Source: Candidatus Latescibacterota bacterium (GTDB taxonomy: Bacteria > Latescibacterota > UBA2968). Taken from it: a stretch of DNA of 64,000 bases. The stretch lies in contig OZ241986.1 of the NCBI GenBank assembly GCA_965204375.1, positions 2,368,001 through 2,432,000 of the forward strand, written 5' to 3'. The position numbers and the translations under genes are program-made. The notes below the pieces were generated by a model. The model ran no database searches, was not told where the DNA came from, and worked only from the letters and a program-made list of their open reading frames with translations. Each line of letters opens with the position of its first letter. Position 1 is the stretch's first letter. Below are positions 39,565 to 48,244 of the stretch, piece by piece.

Positions 39565-39610
39565 ACTGTAAAATTGCCCTATTTTTAAAAAATAAAGGAC
39601 CGGGGACAAA

Positions 39611-39728
39611 GAAGTGGGAAGGAAGAAGGAAGAAGTGAGAAAGCCGCTCAACCCTGCCCCAAATCTGTTGCTTAATATCGCACTTCTCCCTTCACACTTC
39701 CTACTTCACACTTCCTACTTCACACTTC
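39611..39728 (-). repeat. Heptamer-armed element, copy 3
   Basis: Minus strand (GAAGTGT/GAAGTAG)n - AAGCAACAGATTTGGGGCAGGGTTGAGCGG - (CTTCTTC/CTTCCCA)n. Confidence 0.82.
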
Positions 39729-39740
39729 TAGAGGTTGGCC

Positions 39741-40394
39741 ATGGCATCGCGCATCTGCTTTATACTGACCTGTCTCATTGCTTTTTCCGGGTGTTATACG
39801 CAACTTCGGGCACCGCGCGTTCATCGTGAACAACGCGCTGAATCCCCTGTCAAACCTTCTGAAGATTCTGTAAAGCGGTTTGAATATTACTACTACAATT
39901 ATTGCAATCCATCTCCTCTGCCATTTTACGAATCATACCATCCATATCGCCCGTACCGTCCATATCGGCGATATCCGCGATGGAACCGGCACCGCCTCAT
40001 CTGGAAATATTCGAGTTGGGCAAGCGTGTACGACCCGTGGTGGCGGGGGTGGTCGCCGAGGATTTTGGTGCCTCATATTGTATATGCGCCAGCGCCAGCA
40101 GTAAGACCTCAGATAGAACGCGAACAGGTCAATCCGCGTCCCCGTATCAGATACACGGGTGTGCGTGGCGAACCCGCATCGGCCAGCACAATTCGGTCGG
40201 GCAACACCACAACAGAAAGCACACCCACAACACAACCGGAAAACTCGCGCAGCACCAAAAAGGAAAGCACACAGCAAACTGGAAACTCGCGCAGCACCAA
40301 AACACAATCATCGGAAAAATCAAAAAAAGAAGAAAAATCTGAAAAGCGCGAAGAGAAGCGCTCAACGCAGCGCCGCAGAGGGGAGATGAGATAA
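39741..40394 (+). CDS. Lipoprotein with Tyr/Pro/Trp-rich middle and low-complexity Ser/Thr/Lys/Arg tail
   Basis: Lipobox FSGC then YTQL; stop overlaps the next start. Confidence 0.75.
   Translation: MASRICFILTCLIAFSGCYTQLRAPRVHREQRAESPVKPSEDSVKRFEYYYYNYCNPSPLPFYESYHPYRPYRPYRRYPRWNRHRLIWKYSSWASVYDPWWRGWSPRILVPHIVYAPAPAVRPQIEREQVNPRPRIRYTGVRGEPASASTIRSGNTTTESTPTTQPENSRSTKKESTQQTGNSRSTKTQSSEKSKKEEKSEKREEKRSTQRRRGEMR
40241..40302 (+). repeat. 20-bp exact direct repeat with 42-bp period inside the lipoprotein tail
   Basis: AAACTCGCGCAGCACCAAAA at 40241 and 40283 (NSRSTK twice). Confidence 0.85.
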
Positions 40395-41668
40395 TGTCCA
40401 AATATCTCTGTATCCCGACATTCGTGATTTGCGTCTTCGCGGTATCTATCCCCGCACAAGAAGTCGCTCTCGATAGCTTTTCTGGCATTGGTGCCCGCGC
40501 CATGGGCATGGGCGGTGCTTACATTTCCGTATCCGATGATTTTTCTGGCCTGTTCTGGAACCCCGCGGGATTGGCGCGGATTGAGCGCGGAACCGTAAAT
40601 TGGGGCGTTTCGCACGACCGCTTTCGCAACATATCGCAATTTTTTGACCACTCTTCAACACTCGAATTGCGCAGTACGCGCATTGCATCCCTGGGCTTTG
40701 TTTATCCCGTTCCCGTGTACCGCGGGAGTCTGGTATTCGCCGGAGGATTTGGGCGTAATCAAAATTTTGACGGGGGATTACAGATCGATGCGTATGATAC
40801 CATCGCCAATTTTGATAAAGCGGGATTTTCAAAAGACAAAGGCGCTCTCGGCGCGTGGACATTGGGGGCTGCAATTGATCTGATGCCGCGTTTGTCGGCG
40901 GGGATCTCGTTGTTTCGCTGGGGGGGAACCAATCGCTTTTTACAGGAATTGACCCTTGAGGATGTGCAGCGGGTACACGCCGACACCATCCGCATCTTCC
41001 AGCGTTTTGAATCTGAGGAACGCTATTCTGCCTGGGGCATCCAGGGCGGCATTCGGTATTGGCATCCCACGGGATTTCAATTTGGCATTGTAGCAACAGC
41101 GGCCACGCCATTGCGCGTATCGGCTGAGCTGGCGGATGAATTTGAAGACGAGTTTGAAGACCGCACAGATACCTATCCACGCGAATCTTTTTCGGACGCA
41201 TATAAAATTCGTCAACCCCTGACTTTTGGGATGGGAATTGGATGGTCATCGGGAGGGTTGACGGTGAGCGGCGACGTGAATTACGGCGATTTGCAAGAAG
41301 TGACTTACGAGATTTTGCCACTCAATATTGCACCCAATGTCGATGACTTCCGGCGGCAATATCGCAGCGCGGCGCGGCTGCACCTGGGATGTGAATACGC
41401 TATTTCGCCCTGGGGCATCGCGTTCAGAGGTGGGTACTATCGCGATCCGGTTCGCTATGTGGGGGGCGGCAGTGTCCCGGAAATACAGATTGAGACAGAC
41501 CGCGATGCGTGGACACTCGGTTTTGGCACTGAATTGGAAAAGGCTGTAACCCTGGATTTTGCCGCTGTTATTGGCGGCTACAAAGCCATTGAAGGCAATC
41601 GCGCAGATCGCGTACGTGCCGTGCGAGTACTCGCGTCGGCGCGTTTTTATTTTTTTACAGGACTTTAG
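40394..41668 (+). CDS. OmpP1/FadL-like outer-membrane beta-barrel
   Basis: GARAMGMGGAY.SVSDD.SGLFWNPAGL; alternating beta-strand pattern. Confidence 0.85.
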   Translation: MSKYLCIPTFVICVFAVSIPAQEVALDSFSGIGARAMGMGGAYISVSDDFSGLFWNPAGLARIERGTVNWGVSHDRFRNISQFFDHSSTLELRSTRIASLGFVYPVPVYRGSLVFAGGFGRNQNFDGGLQIDAYDTIANFDKAGFSKDKGALGAWTLGAAIDLMPRLSAGISLFRWGGTNRFLQELTLEDVQRVHADTIRIFQRFESEERYSAWGIQGGIRYWHPTGFQFGIVATAATPLRVSAELADEFEDEFEDRTDTYPRESFSDAYKIRQPLTFGMGIGWSSGGLTVSGDVNYGDLQEVTYEILPLNIAPNVDDFRRQYRSAARLHLGCEYAISPWGIAFRGGYYRDPVRYVGGGSVPEIQIETDRDAWTLGFGTELEKAVTLDFAAVIGGYKAIEGNRADRVRAVRVLASARFYFFTGL

Positions 41669-41687
41669 AGATCTCAAAGGAGTTAGC

Positions 41688-42452
41688 ATGGGGCAGCATA
41701 TTTCTGAAGCACAGTGGGCAACATTTGAAGCACAGGGATATCTTCACCTGGGCAATGTGATGGACGATGGAGAACTGGAGGCATTACAGCAGCGAATAGA
41801 CGAGATCATGCTGGGCACGGCGTCTATCGACTACGATCATGTAATGATGCAACTGGATTCCGACCCCGAGAACGATGGAAAACCCGGTCCACAAAGCAAA
41901 GGACATAAATACACGACACTCGGGTATCGCAAAATTCAAAATTTGGAATTGGATCCCCTCTTTCTTTCATTTTTGCAAAAATCGCAATTTCGAGAAATCT
42001 GTGAACACATCTATGGCAAAAATACGCCAGTAGATTGTTTTCGGGCGATGTTCATGAACAAACCCGCACACGATGGCACCCCACTGGTATGGCATCAGGA
42101 CCGCTGGACGGATCTAACCCTCGATCCTCAAATCACGATATGGACGGCACTGGATCCCACATCCGTTGAAAACGGCTGTGTGAAAATTATTCCGGGATCG
42201 CACAACAAGTTGATAAATCCCGAACATGGCTCCGGATTTTTGACCGAAGAACACATCGAGACCATTGTATCCCAATACGAGCCAATCGATTTGATATTAG
42301 AAGCCGGCGACTCGGTTTTGCTCCACAACTGGATGCTGCACAGTTCGGGTATAAATACCACAGATATCGCGCGGCGTGCATTCAGCGTGTGTTATATGCA
42401 CGGTGACACGCGCTCATTGCGCGGCAACACCTTCACCCGTGTCTTTGGATAG
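41688..42452 (+). CDS. PhyH family dioxygenase
   Basis: WHQD, ENGCVKIIPGSH, MLHSSGIN...RRA; ATG follows AAGGAG. Confidence 0.92.
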   Translation: MGQHISEAQWATFEAQGYLHLGNVMDDGELEALQQRIDEIMLGTASIDYDHVMMQLDSDPENDGKPGPQSKGHKYTTLGYRKIQNLELDPLFLSFLQKSQFREICEHIYGKNTPVDCFRAMFMNKPAHDGTPLVWHQDRWTDLTLDPQITIWTALDPTSVENGCVKIIPGSHNKLINPEHGSGFLTEEHIETIVSQYEPIDLILEAGDSVLLHNWMLHSSGINTTDIARRAFSVCYMHGDTRSLRGNTFTRVFG

Positions 42453-42521
42453 ACGAATAGACGAATAGACGAATAGACGAACCCCGCCCAACCACCCATC
42501 TGTTTTCGTTGATTCGTTGAT
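42449..42521 (+). repeat. Octamer-armed element: (ATAGACGA)4 - CCCCGCCCAACCACCC - (TCGTTGAT)2
   Basis: First unit contains the TAG stop; right arm is a degenerate reverse complement of the left. Confidence 0.82.
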
Positions 42522-42555
42522 GAACTGGCCTGAGAGGCGGCCAGTTATACACCGT
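42521..42555. repeat. 35-bp REP-like hairpin, copy 2
   Basis: TGAACTGGCC-TGAGAGGC-GGCCAGTT-ATACACCGT. Confidence 0.7.
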
Positions 42556-42568
42556 TCCGCTGATTTAT

Positions 42569-44302
42569 ATGTCAGAACCCATCGTTTTATTTGAATCGCA
42601 TCGCAAAGGTGCGAGTTTTCGTTTTTGCGACCCGTGCGATACCATTTGCGTATCACATCCCAAAGACGTTGGTCCCGCACTCGACCGCATTGAACGGGCT
42701 GTCCGTTCGGGATTACACGCAGCGGGATTTTTGTCTTATGAAGCCGCATCGGGCCTGGATCCCGTTTTAAAAACGCACGTACCGGGAGATTTTCCACTCA
42801 TGTGGTTCGGCCTGTTTCGGCATCGAGAACATATCCCTGTCGGAACACCGAATAGTGGAAACTACGATCTGGGTGCGTGGCACCCTTCTGTTTCGCGCAC
42901 TGCTTACGATACCGCCCTGAATCGCATTCAGGACCTCATCATTGCCGGCGATACCTATCAGGTTAATTACTCTTTTCGGCTCTGGTCAAATTTTTCGGGC
43001 AATAGCCTGAGCCTTTACCGCGATCTCTGCCGGGCGCAGCGCACGGATTATGCGGCGTATTTGGATATCGGACGTTTTCAAATCCTATCGGCTTCGCCCG
43101 AATTGTTTTTTTGTTTAAAAAACGGCGTCCTGACCGCGCGTCCGATGAAAGGCACTGCACCTCGGGGACGATGGTGGGAAGAAGACAAAACGCGTGCAAA
43201 ACAACTTCAGAAATCCGAGAAAGACCGCGCAGAAAATGTGATGATCGTCGATTTGCTGCGCAACGATTTGGGGCGCGTTTCAAATAGCGTGAAAGTGCCA
43301 ACACTATGGCAGGTCGAGCGTTATGAAACCCTGTTGCAGATGACCTCAACCGTAACATCGCGCATGCGTTGTGGCGTGGGGTTGCGCGAATTGGTGACCG
43401 CACTCTTCCCTTGCGGCTCTGTGACCGGTGCACCAAAAGTGCGCACCATGGAAATCATCAAAGAAGTAGAGCGTGCTCCGCGGGGAATTTATACTGGAAG
43501 CATTGGCTACCTGTCACCGGGGGGAGACATAACCTTTAATGTGGCGATTCGCACAGTCTGCATTGACCGCAAGACGGGCATTGCAGAATTTGGCGTGGGC
43601 AGTGGCATAACCTGCGATTCTTCAAGTGATGGCGAGTATGAAGAGTGTTTGACCAAAGCGCGCATGCTCGCCGATCAACAACCTGTTTTTGACCTGTTTG
43701 AAACCCTGCGATACGATGGCAAAAACGGGTTCTTTTTGATAGATCGTCATATAGATCGGATCGAAGCATCCGCGCGATATTTTGGATTTACTTTTGATCG
43801 GTCAAGCGTCCTATCTGCGCTCGAAAAAGCAGTATCGGGTCTGGAAACATCACACCAGGTGCGCCTTGTCCTATCGCGCAGGGGCTGTGTACAGGTCGAA
43901 ACTGTACCATTGAAAAATGCATCGCAAAATCGCGCACTTTCCGCCCGTATCTCATCGCTACCGGTTGACAGCTGCGATCCCCTATTATTTCACAAAACAA
44001 CGCGCCGCGAACCCTATACCACCCGCTTGAACATGTGCTCAACCTGTGAAGAAATCATTCTCATCAACGAACGCGGTGAAGCAACAGAATGCAGCATTGG
44101 CAATCTCGTCGCCAAATTGGATGGCCTATATGTAACACCTCCCATTTCCTGTGGGCTGTTGGGCGGCACCTTTCGCGCCGAATTATTATCGCGAGGCAAA
44201 GTTACGGAGCAAGTGTTAAAAGTAGATGATTTGAAACGCGCGGAGGTACTCTACATGATCAATTCTGTACGAAAATGGACAAGGCTTAAACTCATAGTTT
44301 AG
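42569..44302 (+). CDS. pabB: Aminodeoxychorismate synthase component I fused to class IV aminotransferase/ADC lyase
   Basis: SASPELFF, PMKGT, AENVMIVDLLRND, FPCGSVTGAPK; C-terminal FETLR, HKTT, GLLGGTFR, NSVR. Confidence 0.93.
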   Translation: MSEPIVLFESHRKGASFRFCDPCDTICVSHPKDVGPALDRIERAVRSGLHAAGFLSYEAASGLDPVLKTHVPGDFPLMWFGLFRHREHIPVGTPNSGNYDLGAWHPSVSRTAYDTALNRIQDLIIAGDTYQVNYSFRLWSNFSGNSLSLYRDLCRAQRTDYAAYLDIGRFQILSASPELFFCLKNGVLTARPMKGTAPRGRWWEEDKTRAKQLQKSEKDRAENVMIVDLLRNDLGRVSNSVKVPTLWQVERYETLLQMTSTVTSRMRCGVGLRELVTALFPCGSVTGAPKVRTMEIIKEVERAPRGIYTGSIGYLSPGGDITFNVAIRTVCIDRKTGIAEFGVGSGITCDSSSDGEYEECLTKARMLADQQPVFDLFETLRYDGKNGFFLIDRHIDRIEASARYFGFTFDRSSVLSALEKAVSGLETSHQVRLVLSRRGCVQVETVPLKNASQNRALSARISSLPVDSCDPLLFHKTTRREPYTTRLNMCSTCEEIILINERGEATECSIGNLVAKLDGLYVTPPISCGLLGGTFRAELLSRGKVTEQVLKVDDLKRAEVLYMINSVRKWTRLKLIV

Positions 44303-44311
44303 GAGATCTTT

Positions 44312-45493
44312 ATGTACCGCATCGGACACCCCGAAATCAAGCGCGTGGAAAAACTCCTGGAAAGCGGTGAAATTTTTCGCTATGGCAAGGGGGGAGAATG
44401 CGATCAGTTTGAAGCCGATTGGGGAAAGCGATTGGGCGGTTTGCAGGTCCGCATGACCACCAGCGGCACGACATCGCTCTATTGCGCCCTCATTGGCCTG
44501 AAAGTTGGACCGGGCGATTCGGTCATTGTGCCATCGTGTACGTATATGGCGACCGCACTCGCCGTTGTTGCCGCAGGAGCCATGCCCATTATTGCCGAAG
44601 TAGATGAATCAATCACCCTCTCGCCCAAAGATGTCGAACAAAAAATTGCCCCGCACACAAAAGCCATCATTCCCGTGCATATGTGGGGATTACCCTGTAA
44701 TATGGACGCGCTGATGGATATAGCAGAAAAACGCGGGATAAAAGTATTAGAAGATGCATGCCAGGCCGTAGGTGGTGGATACAAAGGGCGCGAACTCGGT
44801 TCCATCGGACATGCCGGGGCATTCAGTTTTAACTATTTCAAAAACATGACCAGCGGCGAAGGCGGCGCGTTTGTCTCTGCCGATGAATCTGTATTTCGGC
44901 GCGGATCAGTAGCAGCGGATTGTTGTTCTTATTACTGGAATCCCGACGAGCACCGCCCAGATGAACAATTTGCCGGATTGAATTTCAGAGCCACTGAAAT
45001 CTCGGGTGCCATTCTCAACGCACAACTCGAGCGCATCGACGAAATGCTGGATCGCATGCGCGGACACAAACGAACCCTGACAAAAGTGGGCGAAGACGCG
45101 GGCCTGACATCTATTACAAACAACAGTCTGGATTGCGAATGCGGCACCCATGTCGGCTTTATTTTCGATTCTGAAAAAAATGCTCGCGCCTTTGCCAAAC
45201 AGATATCGGAATCGAAAGGACGCGCCTTTTTGCCCATCGATACCGGGCGACACGTTTACACGCGATGGGATCCCATTATGCGGAAGCAGGGGGCACACCA
45301 TCCCGCGCTCGACCCATTTAATCTGCCGCAAAACAAGGCATTGAACATCGAATATTCAATGGACATGTGCCCCAAATCGCTGGATATTTTGAGCCGCGCA
45401 GTACTCATTGGCATGCACCCGGACAACGACCGGGAAAAAATAGATGAACTCGCAGACGCTATTCGGGATGCATCACAGGTCCTGAGTGCCTGA
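44312..45493 (+). CDS. DegT/DnrJ/EryC1/StrS PLP-dependent aminotransferase
   Basis: TSGT, IIPVHMWG, EDACQA, FSFNYFKNMTSGEGG. Confidence 0.94.
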   Translation: MYRIGHPEIKRVEKLLESGEIFRYGKGGECDQFEADWGKRLGGLQVRMTTSGTTSLYCALIGLKVGPGDSVIVPSCTYMATALAVVAAGAMPIIAEVDESITLSPKDVEQKIAPHTKAIIPVHMWGLPCNMDALMDIAEKRGIKVLEDACQAVGGGYKGRELGSIGHAGAFSFNYFKNMTSGEGGAFVSADESVFRRGSVAADCCSYYWNPDEHRPDEQFAGLNFRATEISGAILNAQLERIDEMLDRMRGHKRTLTKVGEDAGLTSITNNSLDCECGTHVGFIFDSEKNARAFAKQISESKGRAFLPIDTGRHVYTRWDPIMRKQGAHHPALDPFNLPQNKALNIEYSMDMCPKSLDILSRAVLIGMHPDNDREKIDELADAIRDASQVLSA

Positions 45494-45525
45494 CGCTTCA
45501 CCTCCCTCACAACCTACAACAAAAT

Positions 45526-45561
45526 AATCCGTGAAATCCGCGTAATCCGTATAATCCGCGA
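45526..45561 (+). repeat. 9-bp x4 array (AATCCGYRW)
   Basis: AATCCGTGA AATCCGCGT AATCCGTAT AATCCGCGA. Confidence 0.85.
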
Positions 45562-45581
45562 TCAACAAAGGAGATTCTGGC

Positions 45582-46205
45582 ATGAAAATACAATGGATGT
45601 TGATTCTGATTTTAACCCTGAGTAGCAGCGTATTGGCTGCGCCGAGCAAACCCGCACCTCGCAAACCGAAAGAAGGCCAAAACGAAGCCGCGATCCGTCA
45701 CCACAAAGAAGGCTTGCGCCACCGGGATGCGGCCTGGGTCTATGAAGAAAAAATGTCGGGCACAGAAGGCGAAGAGCGAGAAACGTACGCGCGGTTTATC
45801 CAGGACCTGTACAATCGCGCACTGGGAGAGTTTGCGAAAGCGACCGAGCAGGACTCAACGTATTACCAGGCATTTAGCAGTTTGGGATATGTCAAGCGCA
45901 AAACCGGAGATATGGACGGAGCAATGGCAGCGTACAATCGCGCTTTGACATTAAATCCAAACTATGCAGAAGCCATTGAATATCGCGCAGAAGCGTATTT
46001 GATCATGGGACAGGTGGAAAAAATGAAAAAAGCTTATGGGGTATTGGCCGCCCTGAACCGCCCTCACGCAGCGCGATTGTTGACCTTTGTAACACAATGG
46101 GCAGATAGCGCAACCGATGCAGATATGGCGACCTCTTTGCGGACATGGGCATCTGAACAAAAAGAAAAACTCGGCGAGGTAAAAACATTTGTCGAGAAGT
46201 GGTGA
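45582..46205 (+). CDS. Secreted TPR protein
   Basis: Signal peptide; AFSSLGYVKRKTG..AMAAYNRALTLNPNYAEAIEYRAEAY. Confidence 0.85.
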   Translation: MKIQWMLILILTLSSSVLAAPSKPAPRKPKEGQNEAAIRHHKEGLRHRDAAWVYEEKMSGTEGEERETYARFIQDLYNRALGEFAKATEQDSTYYQAFSSLGYVKRKTGDMDGAMAAYNRALTLNPNYAEAIEYRAEAYLIMGQVEKMKKAYGVLAALNRPHAARLLTFVTQWADSATDADMATSLRTWASEQKEKLGEVKTFVEKW

Positions 46206-46254
46206 TCCGCAGATGAACGCAGATGAACGCAGATGAAAGGCGAGGGACTGGGTG
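46205..46254 (+). repeat. 10-bp x3 array (GAACGCAGAT family), copy 4, with tail
   Basis: ATCCGCAGAT GAACGCAGAT GAACGCAGAT GAAAGGCGAGGGACTGGGTG, beginning on the TGA stop. Confidence 0.88.
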
Positions 46255-46260
46255 AACTGA

Positions 46261-46974
46261 CTAAAAACTCCAGACTAATGAAGTAATCAAACCAATAAAA
46301 CCGCCGAAAACCCCGCCCCAAACGACCAGCCAGCCCAGATGTTTGTGAATCATATCCTGGACAATGGTCTTAACCATTTCGGGCGTCAACTCGTTTAGAC
46401 GCTGCATAACAATGGCGTCAACCTTATCAATCATTTCGTCCGCATAACTCGCGGTATTCAACCCTCTCTGGATGGCATCGAGAAATTTGGGGGAGGATAG
46501 CAAAAGGCGGATTTCTACCTGGACTTTTTCGACAAAAGGATCTCTGAGAGGCTGCAATGCCGCTGCACCGCCGAACATATTGATCACGCTGCCAAAAGGA
46601 GAAGTCATAACAGCCTCCATCAGGCGGCTGAAGATGCGGTCGCAGTCAACGGCCTCAATAACGGGATCGGCATCGAATTCATCTGGGATTTTTTGTTCGG
46701 CGAGAAATTTTTTAACATTTTCAATGGTAAAGAACTGATTCATAATCAAAGCGTGGATACCCGTCTTAAATTCTTCGAACCGGCTCGGCACAACGCCAGA
46801 ACCGTATAGTCCCGGCACTTTCTCAAAAAGCATGTGAACCGCCAACCAGTTGGTCAGGGCACCTGACGTTGCAAAAAGGCCAACCGCGAGCAAATGGTCG
46901 GAATAAACAGGACTGACATAACCCACACCGATCAGGCTGACCGCGAGCAGATTTGTCACAAGACTTTTATTCAT
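46261..46974 (-). CDS. DUF445 family membrane protein
   Basis: GALTNWLAVHMLFEKVPGLYGSGV; HLGWLVVWGGVFGG. Confidence 0.9.
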   Translation of the reverse strand: MNKSLVTNLLAVSLIGVGYVSPVYSDHLLAVGLFATSGALTNWLAVHMLFEKVPGLYGSGVVPSRFEEFKTGIHALIMNQFFTIENVKKFLAEQKIPDEFDADPVIEAVDCDRIFSRLMEAVMTSPFGSVINMFGGAAALQPLRDPFVEKVQVEIRLLLSSPKFLDAIQRGLNTASYADEMIDKVDAIVMQRLNELTPEMVKTIVQDMIHKHLGWLVVWGGVFGGFIGLITSLVWSF

Positions 46975-47009
46975 AATGGCGTCCTTACAGGGAGCGAGCG
47001 GGAAAAATC

Positions 47010-48086
47010 TCAAGCGTGGAGATAAGAAAACAAAGAGGCAATCAGATTGTCAAAAACGCTCAGACGACAAACCTCATATCCGTGAGAATTTTCTCGCGGA
47101 TACCCAATAGTTCCAGCCCGGGGTGCCTGGCCCGTCTGAAGAACGCCCGAGGCATCGGACGCCGCGCGATCGTACACGGCGTATTGCAACTCTGTACCCG
47201 CGCGTTGTGCCGCTGCCGAGAGATCGGCAATCAGACCCTGATCGAAATGCATCTGGCTATCTCTTGACCAGACCGCCGGACGACCATCGAGTTGAAGTTG
47301 CTGGTTACGCGGCATGGGAGCAGAATCAACCGCGATAAAAATTTCGACCGGGTTGCGCGCAGTCCAGCCGCGTGCCCCAATCAATCCGGTCTCTTCCTGA
47401 ACGAGAAAACACAAACAGGTCGTGCGATTGGGTATTGTCTTTTCCTCCGCAACGCGCTGAAGCAGGCGCAGAAGGGTGAGACTCCCGCCCCGGTTATCAA
47501 ATAACCACGCTGAAATGAGCGGATCGTCGGGCGGGCCAAAAAAATGAGGGCCTCGCACGCCGGCCACTGGTACAGCAGTTGAGCCAACGCGCACACCTGC
47601 GCGGGAGAGTTGATCGGGTGTCAGACCTGTGAGCAAATGACAATAGGGCCAGGTAATACCGCTTTGCCCCGTTGCAAATTGCGTGTTGGGATCCGACGGA
47701 TCAGTCGTATGCGTAGAACCAAAACAGAGGTGTGCCGGAACCGTCTCTGCCCCATCTGAAATGATCTCAACAGGGCATTCACCGATTTTCCAAGGATGCA
47801 ACCCACCGCTCGGACGCACCTGCAACGTACCATCGGCATTAATCTCGGTAATCACCATCGCGAGTTCATCCATGTGACTCGCAAGCGCGACACGCCCCAA
47901 ATCGGGCTCTTGCCCGGGGACTTCCACCCAAACATTGCCCTGCTGGTCTTGTTTCGGCGCATGCCCCAAAGCGGCAATGCGATCCATGATAAAACGGGCC
48001 ATTCGTTCTTCGCGGCCCGATGGCGCGGGAACGCGCAAAAGATCTGACAGCAGAAATACATTGGGATCATCTTGAGGATAGGACAT
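47010..48086 (-). CDS. M42 family aminopeptidase-like protein
   Basis: APSGRE, SHMDE, FDNR, QEETG, AVDS, SHGYE. Confidence 0.9.
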   Translation of the reverse strand: MSYPQDDPNVFLLSDLLRVPAPSGREERMARFIMDRIAALGHAPKQDQQGNVWVEVPGQEPDLGRVALASHMDELAMVITEINADGTLQVRPSGGLHPWKIGECPVEIISDGAETVPAHLCFGSTHTTDPSDPNTQFATGQSGITWPYCHLLTGLTPDQLSRAGVRVGSTAVPVAGVRGPHFFGPPDDPLISAWLFDNRGGSLTLLRLLQRVAEEKTIPNRTTCLCFLVQEETGLIGARGWTARNPVEIFIAVDSAPMPRNQQLQLDGRPAVWSRDSQMHFDQGLIADLSAAAQRAGTELQYAVYDRAASDASGVLQTGQAPRAGTIGYPRENSHGYEVCRLSVFDNLIASLFSYLHA

Positions 48087-48244
48087 AGAACATCACCTTT
48101 TCGTTTCAGGATTTTTAACGACCATTAAGAATACGCTGGCGTGTACAATTTATCAAGTGCTTTCAAAATTCCTGAAGCCCTTTTGACGATTTATACGTCC
48201 AATGATTTGACATAAAATCTTACCCCCTTCCGCGTGAGAAAACC

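Noticed and set aside
42521-42555. Resemblance of CTGGCCTGAGAGG to a 16S rRNA helix
   Set aside because: Match is very short, and the sister copy at 22802 has a different loop.
42569-44302. PabB-PabC fusion as a novelty
   Set aside because: This fusion is well known in many bacteria.
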